A stretch of DNA of 64,000 nt, taken from positions 96,001-160,000 of the forward strand of contig CAVTHS010000002.1 of the NCBI GenBank assembly GCA_963734535.1, written 5' to 3'. A program made the position numbers and the translations under genes. The notes under the pieces were generated by a model. It did not search any database and was not told the origin of the DNA. It was given only the letters and a program-made list of their open reading frames with translations. The stretch is from an uncultured Chloroflexia bacterium (GTDB lineage Bacteria; Chloroflexota; Limnocylindria; Limnocylindrales; CSP1-4). Within the stretch, counting starts at the first letter, position 1. Each line of letters starts with the position of its first letter. Shown here piece after piece: positions 31,434 through 43,071 of the stretch.

Positions 31434-33149
31434 ATGTCCACCCAGCACCCGCTCAGTCTCGGCGAGGTCAAGCGCCTCGCTGGCCGCGCGGACACGATCC
31501 GCCTCCGGGCGAGCCGCGACGCCGATCTCGAGACCCCGATCGGCGCGTTCCTCCGCCTGGACGACGGCGTCACGCCGGCCTACCTGCTCGAGTCGGTCGA
31601 GGGCGGCGAACGGCTCGGCCGGTACAGCTTCCTGGGGGTCGGGCCGCGGAGGCTCCTCGACGTGCGCGACGGCGTGGCCCGCATCCAGGATCGGCCCGTG
31701 GGCGTCACCGACTATGCGCCAGACCTTCCATCCACGACCTTCCCCGCCCCGGATCCGCTCGGCGCGTTGCGCGCATTCGTGCCCCGCCGGGCCGTCGAGC
31801 CCGGAGACGGGATGCCGCGATTCACGGGCGGCGCGGTGGGCGCGCTCGCCTACGACGCGGTCTCGGTCTTCGAGCCGACGGTCCCGCTCCCGTCGGCCGA
31901 CCCGGTCGGCGTCCCGCTCGCCAGCTTCATCGAGACGGATCTCGTCCTTGTCTTCGACCACCTGAGCCACGAGCTCAGCGCGATCGCATCGCTCCACACG
32001 GATGCGCCGCGCCTCGAGGAACGCTATCGCATCGCCGAACGGGCGATCTTCGAGGTCCTCGAGCGGACGGCGCGCCCGACCGCGGGCGAGATCGCCGGCC
32101 CGGCGGCCCTCGGCGGACGCACGCCGGGCGGCAGCGCCGGGTCGATCGCCACGACCCCGCCGGCACCAAGGTCGGACGAGCCGAGAACGAGCCTTGGACG
32201 GGACGCGTTCGAGGCGGCGGTCCGGGCAGCGAAGGATGCGATCGCGGCCGGCGAGGCGATCCAGGTCGTGCTCGCCCGGCGCGAGACCCGGGCGCTGCCG
32301 GTCGGGCCCGACGGCCGCGCGGTCGACGGGATCGGCCTCTATCGCGCGCTCCGGCGCGTCAACCCCAGCCCATACCTGTTCTTCGTCCGGACGCCGTCCT
32401 TCGAGGTGGTGGGCGCCAGCCCGGAGCTGCTCCTGCAGGTCGAAGGCGACCGCATGACCACCCATCCGATTGCCGGCACGCGGCCCCGTGGAGCCACCCC
32501 CGCCGACGACGCGCGCCTTGCGGAGGAGCTTGCCGCCGACCCGAAGGAGCGTGCGGAGCACGTCATGCTCGTCGACCTGGGCCGGAACGACCTTGGGCGC
32601 GTGGCGCGACCCGGCACCGTCCGCGTCTCGAAGTACATGGAGGTCGAGCGCTACAGCCACGTGCTGCACCTCGTGAGCCACGTGGAGGGACGGCTGGCCC
32701 CGGGACTCGACGCGCTCGACGCGCTCCGCAGCGTCTTCCCGGCCGGGACCCTGTCCGGCGCCCCGAAGGTCCGCGCGATGCAGCTCATCGCGGCGGCGGA
32801 GCGCGAGCGGCGCGGCCTGTACGGTGGCGCGATCGGCTACCTCGGCTACGACGGCAACCTCGACACCGCGATCGCCATCCGGAGCGCCGTCCTGAAGGAC
32901 GGGGTGGCGCATCTCCACGCCGGCGCCGGGATCGTCGCAGCCAGCGTGCCGGAGCGCGAGTTCGAGGAGACCGAGCACAAGGCGGCGGCGCTGCGCCGGG
33001 CGCTCGAGCTCGCGTCCGGGGCCGGACGGGGCGGAACAGCCACGCGGGCCGGCGCCGATGCCGCGCCGGCCGCCGACACGGCCGGCGAGCCCGACACGGC
33101 GCCTGCATCCGATCCGGCGGGTCCAGTCTCGGCGGGAGGGTCGCGGTGA
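31434..33149 (+). CDS. trpE: Anthranilate synthase component I
   Basis: LLESVEGG, NPSPYLF, PIAGTRPRG, EHVMLVDLGRND and GTLSGAPK motifs. Confidence 0.96.
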   Translation: MSTQHPLSLGEVKRLAGRADTIRLRASRDADLETPIGAFLRLDDGVTPAYLLESVEGGERLGRYSFLGVGPRRLLDVRDGVARIQDRPVGVTDYAPDLPSTTFPAPDPLGALRAFVPRRAVEPGDGMPRFTGGAVGALAYDAVSVFEPTVPLPSADPVGVPLASFIETDLVLVFDHLSHELSAIASLHTDAPRLEERYRIAERAIFEVLERTARPTAGEIAGPAALGGRTPGGSAGSIATTPPAPRSDEPRTSLGRDAFEAAVRAAKDAIAAGEAIQVVLARRETRALPVGPDGRAVDGIGLYRALRRVNPSPYLFFVRTPSFEVVGASPELLLQVEGDRMTTHPIAGTRPRGATPADDARLAEELAADPKERAEHVMLVDLGRNDLGRVARPGTVRVSKYMEVERYSHVLHLVSHVEGRLAPGLDALDALRSVFPAGTLSGAPKVRAMQLIAAAERERRGLYGGAIGYLGYDGNLDTAIAIRSAVLKDGVAHLHAGAGIVAASVPEREFEETEHKAAALRRALELASGAGRGGTATRAGADAAPAADTAGEPDTAPASDPAGPVSAGGSR

Positions 33150-33898
33150 TCCTCGTCATCGACAACTACGACAGCTTCACCTACAACCTGGTCCAGGCGC
33201 TCCAGGTCGCGGGCGCGGCCGTCCGGGTCGTGCGGAACGACGCGATCGACGCCGCGGGCCTCGCCGCACTCGCCGACGATCCGGAGGCGGAGCTGCGGGG
33301 GATCGTGATCTCGCCCGGGCCGTCGGACCCGGACCACGCCGGTGTCTCGGTGCCGGCGGTCCGATTCGCTGCCCTGCGCCGGATCCCGCTGCTCGGCGTG
33401 TGCCTCGGGATGCAGTCGATGGCCGCCGCGTTCGGCGCCTCGATCGTGCGCGCCCCCACGCTGGTCCACGGCGAGGCCTCCACCGTTGCGCACGACGGCG
33501 CCGGGCTGCTCGCCGGCATGCCCGAGGAGTTCCGCGCGGCCCGCTATCACTCCCTGTGCGTGGATGCCGCCACGCTGCCGGCGGAGCTGTTCGTGACGGC
33601 TCGGAGCCTCGATGACGACGTCGTGATGGGGCTCCGCCACGCCACGCTGCCGATGGAGGGCGTGCAGTTCCACCCGGAGTCGGTGCTCACGCTCGACGGT
33701 CCGCACCTCCTGGCCAACTTCCTGCGGCTCGCCGGAGAGGGCGACGCCGGCGTCCTCGACGACGCCTCCGGGACCTTCGCGACGAAGGGCCTTGCGGCGG
33801 CGCCGGCCGACCCGACTCGCCCGGCCGTGTCGCCTCGTCCGGCCGCCCGGTCTCTGCCACCGACCCCGCCTCCCCCCGCCGTGGGCGCGATCCCGTGA
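33146..33898 (+). CDS. trpG: Anthranilate synthase component II (glutamine amidotransferase)
   Basis: IDNYDSFTYNL, SPGP, GVCLG, RYHSL and QFHPES motifs. Confidence 0.95.
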   Translation: MILVIDNYDSFTYNLVQALQVAGAAVRVVRNDAIDAAGLAALADDPEAELRGIVISPGPSDPDHAGVSVPAVRFAALRRIPLLGVCLGMQSMAAAFGASIVRAPTLVHGEASTVAHDGAGLLAGMPEEFRAARYHSLCVDAATLPAELFVTARSLDDDVVMGLRHATLPMEGVQFHPESVLTLDGPHLLANFLRLAGEGDAGVLDDASGTFATKGLAAAPADPTRPAVSPRPAARSLPPTPPPPAVGAIP

Positions 33899-35009
33899 GC
33901 GACGCCGTCCGCGCCGCCCTCGCGACCGTGATCGACGGTGGAACCCTCGACCGTGACGAGGCCTACCGCGCGATGGGCGCGGTGATGGACGGCGAGTCGA
34001 CGCCCGCGCAGCTCGCCGCGCTGCTCGTGGCGCTTCGGATGCGCGGCGAGACGGTCGATGAGCTGACCGGGTTCGCCAGCGCGATGCGGGAGCGCGTCCT
34101 CCGCGTGGAGGCGCCCGCCGGGGCGATGGACATCGTCGGGACCGGTGGCGACGGCTCGGGCACGTTCAACATCTCCACGACGGCGGCCGTCATCGTCGCG
34201 GCGGCCGGCGTGCCCGTGGCCAAGCACGGCAACCGGGCGATCACGTCGCGATCCGGGTCCGCGGACGTCCTCGACGCGCTCGGCGTGCGGATCGACCACG
34301 ACGCGGACTCTGCCGCCGCCGCGCTCAGGAGCATCGGCTTCGCGTTCCTCTTTGCCCCCGGCTTCCACCCGGCCATGCGGCACGCAGGGCCGACCCGACG
34401 CGAGATCGGCGTCCGGACGGCCTTCAACCTGATCGGCCCGGTGACGAACCCGGCCGGGACGCGGCGACAGCTCGTCGGGGTCGGGGATCCGGTGGCCGCG
34501 CCGAAGCTGGCCGAGGTCCTGCGCGTCCTCGGGACGGAGCGCGCCCTCGTGGTCCACGGCGCCGGGGTGGACGAGCTGCCGCTCGACGGGAGTGGCGTCA
34601 TCCACGACGTGACGCCCGGCGGCGTCGTGCGTCGGGAGGTGGACGTGGCCGCGCTCCGGCTGGCCCGGGCCGCGACGTCGGAGCTCGCGGGCGGCTCGCC
34701 CGCCGAGAACGCCGCGCTCGTGGAGGCGATCCTGGCGGGCACGGAGCGCGGGCCGCGGCGCGACGTCGTCCTCCTCAATGCGGGTGCCGCGCTCATCGCG
34801 GCCGGCCGCGCGATGGACCTTGCCGATGGCATCGTCGCAGGCGGCGGCAGTCGTCGATTCGGGGGTCGCGACCCGGCTGCTGGCGCGACTCCGGGCCGAG
34901 CGGCTGGCTGCCGACGCGGCTGGAGCACGGGCGCGGCCGAGCGGCGGGTGCGGCCGAGGCGCCGGACGCCGTGCGCGTGCCCGCGCCATCGTCGGAGGCT
35001 CGAGCATGA
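33895..35009 (+). CDS. trpD: Anthranilate phosphoribosyltransferase (frameshifted near the 3' end; end inferred)
   Basis: DIVGTGGDG, NISTT and KHGNRAITSRSGSAD motifs; the C-terminal helix continues in another frame from about 34840. Confidence 0.9.
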
Positions 35010-35900
35010 CACTCACGGTCACGCCGCACGTCCGCGCCACGGCCCGGGCCACCACCGGCCCACGGGCCCGCCGGGGTGGGATCCTCGCCGAGATCGCCGC
35101 CCGGCGCGCGCACGACGTCGCCGCCGATCTCGGCGATGCGACGTACGCGGCGCTCGTCCGCGCGACCCGCGCCGCGCCCGCGCCCGCGCCCGATCGCCGA
35201 GCGGCTCGCCGCCCCGGGCCTGCACCTCATCGCCGAGGTCAAGCGCTCATCGCCGTCGGCCGGCGCGATCGCCCCGGCGGCGGACGTCGCTCCGGCGACG
35301 GATGTCGTCGCGCGTGCCCGCGCCTACGCGGCCGGCGGGGCGGCGGTCATCTCCGTCCTCTGCGAGCCGCACTGGTTCGGCGGGACGGTCGCGGATCTCC
35401 GGGCGGTGCGCGCCGCGGTCGCGATCCCGGTCCTCGCCAAGGAGTTCGTGGTCGATCCCCGCCAGCTGCCCGTCCTGCGCACGGCCGGCGCCGACCTCGT
35501 GCTCCTGCTCGCCGCCCTCCACCCCGCGCGGCGGCTGGCGGACCTCGTGCGGCGTGCCCTCGACCTCGGCATGGAGCCGCTCGTCGAGATCCACGCGGAG
35601 CGCGAGCTCGATGCCGCGCTGGCCAGCGGGGCGCGCCTGGTCGGCGTCAACAGCCGTGACCTCCGAACCCTCGAAGTGGACCCCGACCGCCCGATCCGCC
35701 TCCGGGGGCTGGTGCCGGGCGACCGGATCGCGATCGCCGAGTCCGGCGTCCGGGACGCCGGCACGCTGCGCCGCTGGCGCGCCGCGGGCTACGACGCCGC
35801 GCTCGTCGGCGAGACCCTCATGCGAGCGGCCGATCCGCGTGCGGCGGCGGCATCGTTCGTCGATGCCGGCACGGTCCCGGACGATCCGGGAGCCCGCGCC
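35006..35900 (+). CDS. trpC: Indole-3-glycerol phosphate synthase domain (frameshift about 35185; apparently fused to TrpF)
   Basis: ILAEIAARR, IAEVKRSSPSAG, SVLCE, LVEIH, GVNSRDL, IAESG and ALVGETLM motifs. Confidence 0.88.
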
Positions 35901-36620
35901 CGGGCCCCGTTCGTCAAGATCTGCGGGATCGTCGATGCGGCGGGCGTCGAGGCGGCGCTCGTCGCGGGCGCCGACGCGCATCGGCCTCAACTTCGTCGCT
36001 GGGACTCCGCGCGTGCTCTCGCTCGCCGAGGGCGCGGCCCTGGCACGCCGCGCGCGTGCGCGCGGCCCCGGGCGGCCGTGCGCCCGGTCATCGTGGCGAT
36101 CACCGCGGACGCGGACGCCACCCTGCTCAGCCGCGATCGTCCGCGACGTCGACCCGGATGCCGTCCAGTACGCGGGCGGGGAGTCCCCGGAATGGATTGC
36201 CGCCTCGCCGCGCCCAGCCTGGAAGGTGCTCCACCTGCCAGCGGACGCGGGCGACAGTGGCGGCCGACATCGCGGCGACGGTCGTAGCGGAGTCGGACGC
36301 GCGATTCCTCGCCGCCGGCGCGGAGCGGATCCTCCTCGACACCGCGGGCGGCCCGCACCCGGGTGGCACGGGCACGCAGGCGGACGCCGACGGTCGCCGC
36401 CGCGGTCGCCCGCGAGATTCCCGTCATCCTGGCCGGCGGGCTCAACCCGGCGAGCGTCGGGGCGGCGCTCCTGCGCCGTGCCCGCCGTCGGAGTGGACGT
36501 CGCGTCCGGGGTCGAACGCCCCCGCCTGGCCGGGGAGCGGCCCGACCAAGGATCCGCTCGCCGTGGCGCTCTTCGCGAAGCGTGCCCGCGCGGCGCGTTT
36601 CGACAGGCCGCACGCGCCCG
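35901..36620 (+). CDS. trpF: Phosphoribosylanthranilate isomerase domain (multiple frameshifts)
   Basis: VKICGI, IGLNF, LLDT...[12 protein letters not shown] and GVDVASGVE motifs, spread over three frames. Confidence 0.82.
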
Positions 36621-37931
36621 CCCGTCCCGAGCCCGTGGATCCGGGCCTCCTCGCGGCCGACGCCGCCGGCCGCTGGGGCGTGGACCGATCGTTCGGTGGC
36701 CGCTACGTCCCGGAGACGCTCGTCACCGCGCTCCGCGAGCTGGAGGACGCGTACGGGGCGCTGCGGGACGACCCGGTCTTCTGGGCGGAGCTGCGGGCGC
36801 TCCTTGCGACGTACGCGGGCCGGCCGACCCCGGTCTACCGCGCCGACCGTCTCGCCGCGGACGTCCTGCGCACGGGCGCGGGAGCTCGACCCGACGGCCG
36901 ACCTTCCGGCTGGCCTCCGGATCTACCTGAAGCGCGAGGATCTCGCGCATACGGGCGCCCACAAGATCAACAACGCGCTCGGCCAGGCGCTGCTCGACGC
37001 GGCGCCTCGGCAAGACGCGCGTGATCGCGGAGACGGGCGCGGGCCAGCACGGCGTCGCGACCGCCACCGCCTGCGCGCTCCTCGGCCTGCCCTGCGTCGT
37101 GTTCATGGGCGCGGTGGACATCGACCGCCAGCGGCCGAACGTCCTGCGAATGGAGGCGCTGGGCGCCGAGGTCCGTCCGGTCACGTCGGGCACGGCGACG
37201 CTCAAGGACGCGGTCAACGATGCGATGCGCGACTGGGTCACGAACGTCGCGACGACCCACTACGTGCTGGGCAGCGCGATGGGCCCCCACCCGTACCCGA
37301 CCCTCGTGCGCGACCTGCAGCGCGTGCATCGGGGACGAGGCCGCGGCCCAGCTCCAGGCCGTCGAGGGGCGGCTGCCCGACCTCGTCGCGGCGTGCGTCG
37401 GCGGCGGCTCCAACGCGATCGGCCTCTTCTCGCGCTTCATCGGCGAGCCGTCCGTCCGGCTCGTCGCCGCCGAGGCGGCGGGGGAGGGGATCGCGACCGG
37501 CCGGCACGCGGCGGCCCTCGCGGGGGGCACGCCGGGCATCCTCCACGGCGCCCGGTCGTACATGCTCCAGGACCGGGACGGGCAGGTCACCGAGGCGCAC
37601 TCGCTCTCGGCCGGGCTCGACTACCCGGGCGTCGGGCCGCAGCTGTCGGCACTCTACGAGGCGGGGCGCCTGGAGGTGGTCTCGACGACCGACGACGACG
37701 CCGTCGCCGCGATCCGGGACCTGTCGCGCGCGGAGGGGATCCTGCCGGCCCTCGAACCCGCCCACGCGCTGGCCGCGCTCCCGCGGATCCTCCTGGGGCG
37801 CACCCGCGGGCCGAACGGGCCGCTTCCGCCAGCTGGCGCTCCCCGCCGACGCGCTGATTCTCGTCGGCCTCTCTGGCCGCGGCGACAAGGACCTCGCCGC
37901 GCTCGAGCGGCGGGAGGGGACGTCGCAATGA
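36621..37931 (+). CDS. trpB: Tryptophan synthase beta chain domain (multiple frameshifts; no separate start seen)
   Basis: [52 protein letters not shown] and LSGRGDKD motifs. Confidence 0.9.
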   Translation, partial: PVPSPWIRASSRPTPPAAGAWTDRSVAATSRRRSSPRSASWRTRTGRCGTTRSSGRSCGRSLRRTRAGRPRSTAPTVSPRTSCARARELDPTADLPAGLRIYLKREDLAHTGAHKINNALGQALLDAAPRQDARDRGDGRGPARRRDRHRLRAPRPALRRVHGRGGHRPPAAERPANGGAGRRGPSGHVGHGDAQGRGQRCDARLGHERRDDPLRAGQRDGPPPVPDPRARPAARASGTRPRPSSRPSRGGCPTSSRRASAAAPTRSASSRASSASRPSGSSPPRRRGRGSRPAGTRRPSRGARRASSTAPGRTCSRTGTGRSPRRTRSRPGSTTRASGRSCRHSTRRGAWRWSRRPTTTPSPRSGTCRARRGSCRPSNPPTRWPRSRGSSWGAPAGRTGRFRQLALPADALILVGLSGRGDKDLAALERREGTSQ

Positions 37932-38809
37932 GCCCTGCGTCGGCCGCACCCACCAGCGGGAACCGCGCGACGATCGCGGGTCCCGCCCAGGGGACCGGGT
38001 CGACGCCGGGCGCGGCCCGCATCGCGGACGCGTTCGCGCGCGCCGGCGCCGCGAATCGCGCCGCGCTCATCCCGTACATCGTGGCCGGCTACCCGGACGC
38101 GGCCGGCAGCCTCGCGGCGGCCGTCACGGCGATCGACGCCGGTGCGGATCTCCTCGAGGTCGGCCTCCCGTACTCCGACCCGCTCGCCGACGGCGCCACG
38201 CTCCAGCGGGCGTCCGGCGTCGCGCTCCGCGCCGGCGCAACCCTGGACCGGTCCGTCGCGCTGCTCGCCGAGATCGCGGCCGCCCGCCCGGGCGTCCCGC
38301 TCGTGCCCATGTGCTATGCGAACCAGCTCCTCGCCGGGGGCGGCGGCGCGACCGCGGCGCGGCGGCTCGCCGACGCGGGCGCGTCCGGCGTGATCGTGGC
38401 CGACCTGACGCCCGACGAAGGCGCCCCGTTCGAGTCCGCCTGCCGGGATGCCGGCCTCGCGCTCGTGTACCTCGTCGCACCGACCACGCCGGCCGATCGG
38501 CGGGCCGCGATCGCGGCCAGGACCGGCGGCTTCCTGTACACGGTGTCGCTCGTCGGCGTGACCGGCGCGCGGACCAGCCTCCCGCCGGAGGTCGGCCGCT
38601 ACGTCCGTGCGGTGAAGGCGGCCAGTCCCGTGCCCGTGGCCGTGGGGTTCGGCGTCTCGCGCCCGGCGCACGTCCGTGCGCTCGTCCGGGCGGGTGCCGA
38701 CGGGGTCATCGTGGCATCCGCCCTGATCGATGCGCTGGGCCCGGACGGGCGCGGCACCGCCGGGCTCGGCCGGCTGGTCGGCCTGTTGCGGGCAGCGGCA
38801 GCGCGCTGA
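37928..38809 (+). CDS. trpA: Tryptophan synthase alpha chain
   Basis: [24 protein letters not shown] and ADGVIV motifs. Confidence 0.95.
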   Translation: MSPASAAPTSGNRATIAGPAQGTGSTPGAARIADAFARAGAANRAALIPYIVAGYPDAAGSLAAAVTAIDAGADLLEVGLPYSDPLADGATLQRASGVALRAGATLDRSVALLAEIAAARPGVPLVPMCYANQLLAGGGGATAARRLADAGASGVIVADLTPDEGAPFESACRDAGLALVYLVAPTTPADRRAAIAARTGGFLYTVSLVGVTGARTSLPPEVGRYVRAVKAASPVPVAVGFGVSRPAHVRALVRAGADGVIVASALIDALGPDGRGTAGLGRLVGLLRAAAAR

Positions 38810-39587
38810 CGGTGGGGCAGGTCCGGCGCGTTCCGAGGCGGTGAGCGGCCGCGCACGTTCGGGTTGGACCCGAATGCGGACCAGCCACTTCGACCCGGCC
38901 GAATCCGGCCCTGCTACGGCGTCGCCCCTCGGCAGTCTGCAGCTCCGGCAGGAGGATCACGACCAGCCCCCCGTCCTTCGTGGGAACAGGGTCGTCGGGG
39001 CGCGCGTGGTGGACGCTCTCCACGGCCGGCGGCACCGTCCTGAACACCTGCTGGTCGAAGCCGACGAGGATTCCACCGATCGTCGTGCCTGCGGACTGAC
39101 GCTTCTTCCGCATCATCGGCTTCGAGGTGCCTCCCCGACGGCGCCCCTCTGTCCATCGTTCGACCCCACCGACCGTGTCCGGTCGCCCGACCCGCTTCTG
39201 CGCGTGCTGGACGCGCCGCGTCGCCGCGATCAGCTTCCGGTACAGGGCGACGAGCTCCGGGTCCGGGAAGAGCCCCGCCGATGCGCTCGTGACGCGCTCG
39301 AGGACCTCGGCCTCACGGGCAGGGTCGCGCACGGTTCGCCGTCCCGTCTCCTGCTTGACGCGGCCGATCTCGAGCGCGATCTGGGCGCGCTCATTGAGGA
39401 GCGCCACGATCTCGTGGTCGATTGCGTCGATCCGGTCCCGGAGCGGAGCGAGCGCCACGGCGGTGGGGTCGGCCGGTGAGGCAGCCTGGGCCGCCGAGCC
39501 AGTCGCGGCCGTCGAGCGCGTCCCGGCGCCCGAGCCCGTGCCGGCCGCCGGTTCGTCGCCAGCCAGCTCGTTCCGACGCTCACCCAT
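38706..39587 (-). CDS. Chorismate mutase (AroQ class/CM_2). The 3' part from about 39117 is probably a separate small hypothetical gene joined by an indel
   Basis: [20 protein letters not shown]...IGRVK...DPAREAEVL. The ORF as read overlaps the trpA end. Confidence 0.75.
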   Translation of the reverse strand: MGERRNELAGDEPAAGTGSGAGTRSTAATGSAAQAASPADPTAVALAPLRDRIDAIDHEIVALLNERAQIALEIGRVKQETGRRTVRDPAREAEVLERVTSASAGLFPDPELVALYRKLIAATRRVQHAQKRVGRPDTVGGVERWTEGRRRGGTSKPMMRKKRQSAGTTIGGILVGFDQQVFRTVPPAVESVHHARPDDPVPTKDGGLVVILLPELQTAEGRRRSRAGFGRVEVAGPHSGPTRTCAAAHRLGTRRTCPTVSALPLPATGRPAGRARRCRARPGPAHRSGRMPR

Positions 39588-40095
39588 TCGAGGCCTCCGC
39601 GTCCCCGGCGTGCGCCGGGATCAGGCCCGCGACCCAGCGCCTCGCGAGCTCCTCGAGCGCCAGCGTGTAGCCGCGCGCCTGCAGGCCCACGAATCGGGCC
39701 GCGGCGATGTCCTCCAGGAAGTTGACCCGGCGGAACGGCTCCCGCGTCGACGGATCGGAGAGGTGCACCTCCACGAACGGGCGTTCCACGGCCAGCAGTG
39801 CATCGCGAAGGCTGACCGACGTATGGGTGAGCCCGGCCGCGTTCACGATCGCCGCATCGAAGTCGCGCGCGTGGAGCCGGTCGATCAGCGCTCCCTCGTG
39901 GTTCGACTGGAAGAAGGTGATCATCACGTCGAGCTCCACGGCTCGCGCGGCGATCCCCGCGTTGACCTCGTCAAGCGTCTCGCGCCCGTAGATCGCCGGT
40001 TCTCGCGTTCCGAGCAGGTCCAGGTTCGGGCCGTTGAGGACGAGCACGCGCAGCACGCGCGGTGCCGCCCCACGTGCGGGCTCGGCCGCGCTCAT
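39580..40095 (-). CDS. aroQ: Type II 3-dehydroquinate dehydratase
   Basis: LNGPNLDLLGTREPAIYG, QSNHEG and EVHLS motifs. Confidence 0.95.
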   Translation of the reverse strand: MSAAEPARGAAPRVLRVLVLNGPNLDLLGTREPAIYGRETLDEVNAGIAARAVELDVMITFFQSNHEGALIDRLHARDFDAAIVNAAGLTHTSVSLRDALLAVERPFVEVHLSDPSTREPFRRVNFLEDIAAARFVGLQARGYTLALEELARRWVAGLIPAHAGDAEASNG

Positions 40096-41732
40096 GCGTT
40101 CGCCGCCGCGGGCGTGCCGGCCAGGACGCTCCGGGCGGCCGCTGCGACAACGTCGTCGGGAACATCCGCGCGGACGGTCCAGCCCCCGGCGGTCGCGAGC
40201 ACCCAGCGGAGCCGGCCGTCGTGATGCTTCTTGTCGGTCGCGACCGCGTCGAGGACCCCGTCGGGCGGGTAGGGGAGCTCGGCGCAGCCGAGGTCCAGGC
40301 GGTCCAGCAGCGCCTCGACGCGTTCGGCTCGCTCGGGCGGCGTCGCCCCCACGGTGACCCCCACTCGGAGCGCGGCCCGAAGCCCGTACGCGACGGCCTC
40401 GCCGTGCAGGATCCCCCGGAAGGCAGCAACGGTCTCGATCGCGTGCGCCAGCGAGTGCCCGAGGTTGAGCGAGATCCGGCCGCCCTGCTCGCGTTCGTCG
40501 GCCGTCACGACCTCGATCTTGGCCGTCGCGCAGCGCTCCACGAGCTCGGCCATCGCGCCCGAGGCGAAGACGGCGGGATCGCCCGCCGCGAGGGCCGGAC
40601 CCTCGGCCTCGAGGAGCTCGAGGAGTCGCTCGTCGCCCAGCGTGCCCATCTTGACGGCCTCGCCGAGCGCAGCACGCAGCTCCCGCGGATCGAGCGTCCG
40701 GAGGAACCGGATGTCCGAGATGTTGGCGACCGCCTGGTGGAAGGCACCGACCAGGTTCTTCCCCTCGGGAAGGTCCACCGCCGTCTTGCCACCGATGGAG
40801 CTGTCCAGCTGCGCGACGAGGGTCGTCGGGACATGAACGAGCGGGACGCCACGGAGCCAGGTCGCCGCGAGGAAGCCGGCCGCGTCGCCAAGGGCCCCGC
40901 CGCCGATCGCGACGATCGGGTCGGTCCGCTCGGCCCGAAGGCGGGCCAGCTCGCGCGCCGCCTCCTCGATGACACCGAGGCGCTTGGCGTCCTCGCCGCG
41001 CGGCAGCAGGATCCGCTCGGTCGGGATCCCGGCCGCCGCGAGCGCGCCGGCGAGCGCGGACCCGGCCACCTCCCAGGCGCGCGGCTCGGAGACCAGGATG
41101 GCGCGGCGCGCCTCCAGCCGCCCGATGGCCGCCTCGACCCCGGCCGCAGCCGTCCCGTCGCCGAGCTCGTAGCGGCCGAGGGCGGTCGTCGCGCGCAGGA
41201 GCAGGGTGGCGTCGGGGAGCGCGTCGTCCAGGTGCCGCTCGAGCGTCTCGACGATCCCGGCCAGGCCAACGATGCCGTTCACCCGGAGCGCTGGCTCGTA
41301 GAAGGAGGCTCGCGTCGAGGCAAGGCTGCGCATCGCGGCGACGGGGTCGCGTCCGCTCAGCAGCGGTCGCGGCACCGGGGAGTTCCGAATTCGCTGCGCC
41401 AGGATCTCGGGTGGGGCGTCGAGCCAGGCCGCCATCCGACCGCGGTAGAGGCGCCAGCGATTGCGCGGATCCACGGGCGCGCCGCCGCCGGTCGCGATGA
41501 CGCGGGTCAGGCCGGGCCGAGGGTCGGCCGGCCCCAGCGCCTCGATGGCCCGGCGCTCCCGGGCGCGGAAGCCCGGCTCGCCTTCCTCCGCGAAGATCGA
41601 CGGGATCGGGCGACAGGCGTCGCGCTCGATCTCCTCGTCGAGATCGACGAATGCGGCCCCGTGGCGGCGAGAAAGCCGGCGTCCGACGGCGCTCTTGCCG
41701 CTCCCGGGCAGCCCGACGAGGACGAGGTCCAC
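40092..41732 (-). CDS. aroKB: Bifunctional shikimate kinase / 3-dehydroquinate synthase (AroK-AroB)
   Basis: GLPGSGKS and ATGGG (kinase); GGGALGD, PTTLVAQLDSSIGGKT, LNLGHS and HGEAV (synthase). Confidence 0.93.
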   Translation of the reverse strand: MDLVLVGLPGSGKSAVGRRLSRRHGAAFVDLDEEIERDACRPIPSIFAEEGEPGFRARERRAIEALGPADPRPGLTRVIATGGGAPVDPRNRWRLYRGRMAAWLDAPPEILAQRIRNSPVPRPLLSGRDPVAAMRSLASTRASFYEPALRVNGIVGLAGIVETLERHLDDALPDATLLLRATTALGRYELGDGTAAAGVEAAIGRLEARRAILVSEPRAWEVAGSALAGALAAAGIPTERILLPRGEDAKRLGVIEEAARELARLRAERTDPIVAIGGGALGDAAGFLAATWLRGVPLVHVPTTLVAQLDSSIGGKTAVDLPEGKNLVGAFHQAVANISDIRFLRTLDPRELRAALGEAVKMGTLGDERLLELLEAEGPALAAGDPAVFASGAMAELVERCATAKIEVVTADEREQGGRISLNLGHSLAHAIETVAAFRGILHGEAVAYGLRAALRVGVTVGATPPERAERVEALLDRLDLGCAELPYPPDGVLDAVATDKKHHDGRLRWVLATAGGWTVRADVPDDVVAAAARSVLAGTPAAANA

Positions 41733-41741
41733 GGCGGGTGC

Positions 41742-43071
41742 CTAGTCGTCCCCGCCGGAGCCGGCGGCTCCCGAGCCTCGGCCGGCGGGGGAACCGGCCC
41801 CGGCGGGCGATCGCGGCTGGCCGGGTCCGCCCGGGTCCGCGTCGGCGGCGTGGTCCGACCCGGGTCCGCGTTCGATCCGTTCGAGGTAACGCGCCAGGTT
41901 GTCCTGCACCTCGGTGAGCGAGTCGCCCCCGAACTTCTCAAGCACCGACGCGGTCAGCGTCAGGAGCACCATCGCCTCGCCGATCACGCCAGCCGCCGGG
42001 ACGACGCTGATGTCCGAACGCTCGTAGTGCGCCTTCTCGACCGCCTCGCCCGTCACCAGGTCGGCGGAGGGCAGCGGCCGCGCAAGCGTCGAGATCGGCT
42101 TCACCGCGCCGCGGACCACCAGCGGCTGGCCGTTCGTGATGCCACCCGTGAGGCCGCCGGCATTGTTCGTGCGGTGGATCCAGGCCCCGGCTCCGTCGCG
42201 GCGTTCGATCACGTCGTGGACCTCGGAGCCGAGCAGCCGGGTCTGCGCGAATCCGAGCCCGAGCTCCACGCCCTTCACGCTCTGGATGCTCATCACGGCA
42301 GCGGCCAGGGCGCCGTCGAGGCGGCGGTCCCAGTGGACGTGGCTGCCCAGGCCGATCGGGAGCCCGTGCGCGACCACCTCGAAGACCCCGCCGACGGTGT
42401 TCCCGAGCGAACGCGCCTCGTCGATCCGCGCCACCATCCGCGTCTCCGCGTCGGGATCCGGGCAGCGCAGCGGGCTCGCCTCGGCGTCCGCGCGGCTCCG
42501 GGTGCAGTTCGCCGGGTCGACGGCCACGCCCCCGACCTCCGCCGTGAACGACCAGACCTCGATCCCGAGCGCGGCAAGGAATGCGCGGCAGACTGCGCCC
42601 GCCGCGACCCGCGCGGCGGTCTCGCGCGCGGAGGCGCGCTCGAGCACGGGGCGAACGTCGGCGAAGCCGTATTTCAGGGCGCCGGCAAGGTCGGCGTGCC
42701 CCGGCCGGAGTCGAGTCACCGGCTGTGCGCGCAGGTTGCCCCCGGCAGCGAGCGCGGCCAGCTCCTCCGCCTGGGCGTCAGTGAGCGGCTCGACCTGCAT
42801 CACACGGGTCCAGCTGTCCCAGTCCCGGTTGCGGACCAGGAGGAGGATCGGCGAGCCGATCGTCAGCCCGTGCCGGATCCCGGCCAGGATCTCCGCCCGG
42901 TCCTGCTCGATGACCTGGCGCGCGCCGCGCCCGTAGCCGCCCTGGCGCCGCCGAAGGTCCCCGGCGATCGCGTCGGCCGTCACGGCGGATGCCGGCAGGC
43001 AGCCCCTCGAGCGTGGCGCCGAGCGCCGGCCCGTGCGACTCCCCGGCGGTGAGGAACCGGAACGCGGTCAT
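41742..43071 (-). CDS. aroC: Chorismate synthase (frameshift about 42988)
   Basis: FLTAGESHG, RPGHADL, ERASARET, NNAGG and KPISTL motifs. Confidence 0.93.

Noticed and set aside
33895-37931. trp operon as a pseudogene cluster
   Set aside because: All catalytic motifs are intact, there are no nonsense codons, and the T-box is preserved; sequencing error is more likely.
38706-39117. Chorismate mutase C-terminal fusion domain
   Set aside because: An ATGATG with an overlapping TGA near 39113-39117 suggests a separate small gene joined by an indel, and the ORF end overlaps trpA implausibly.
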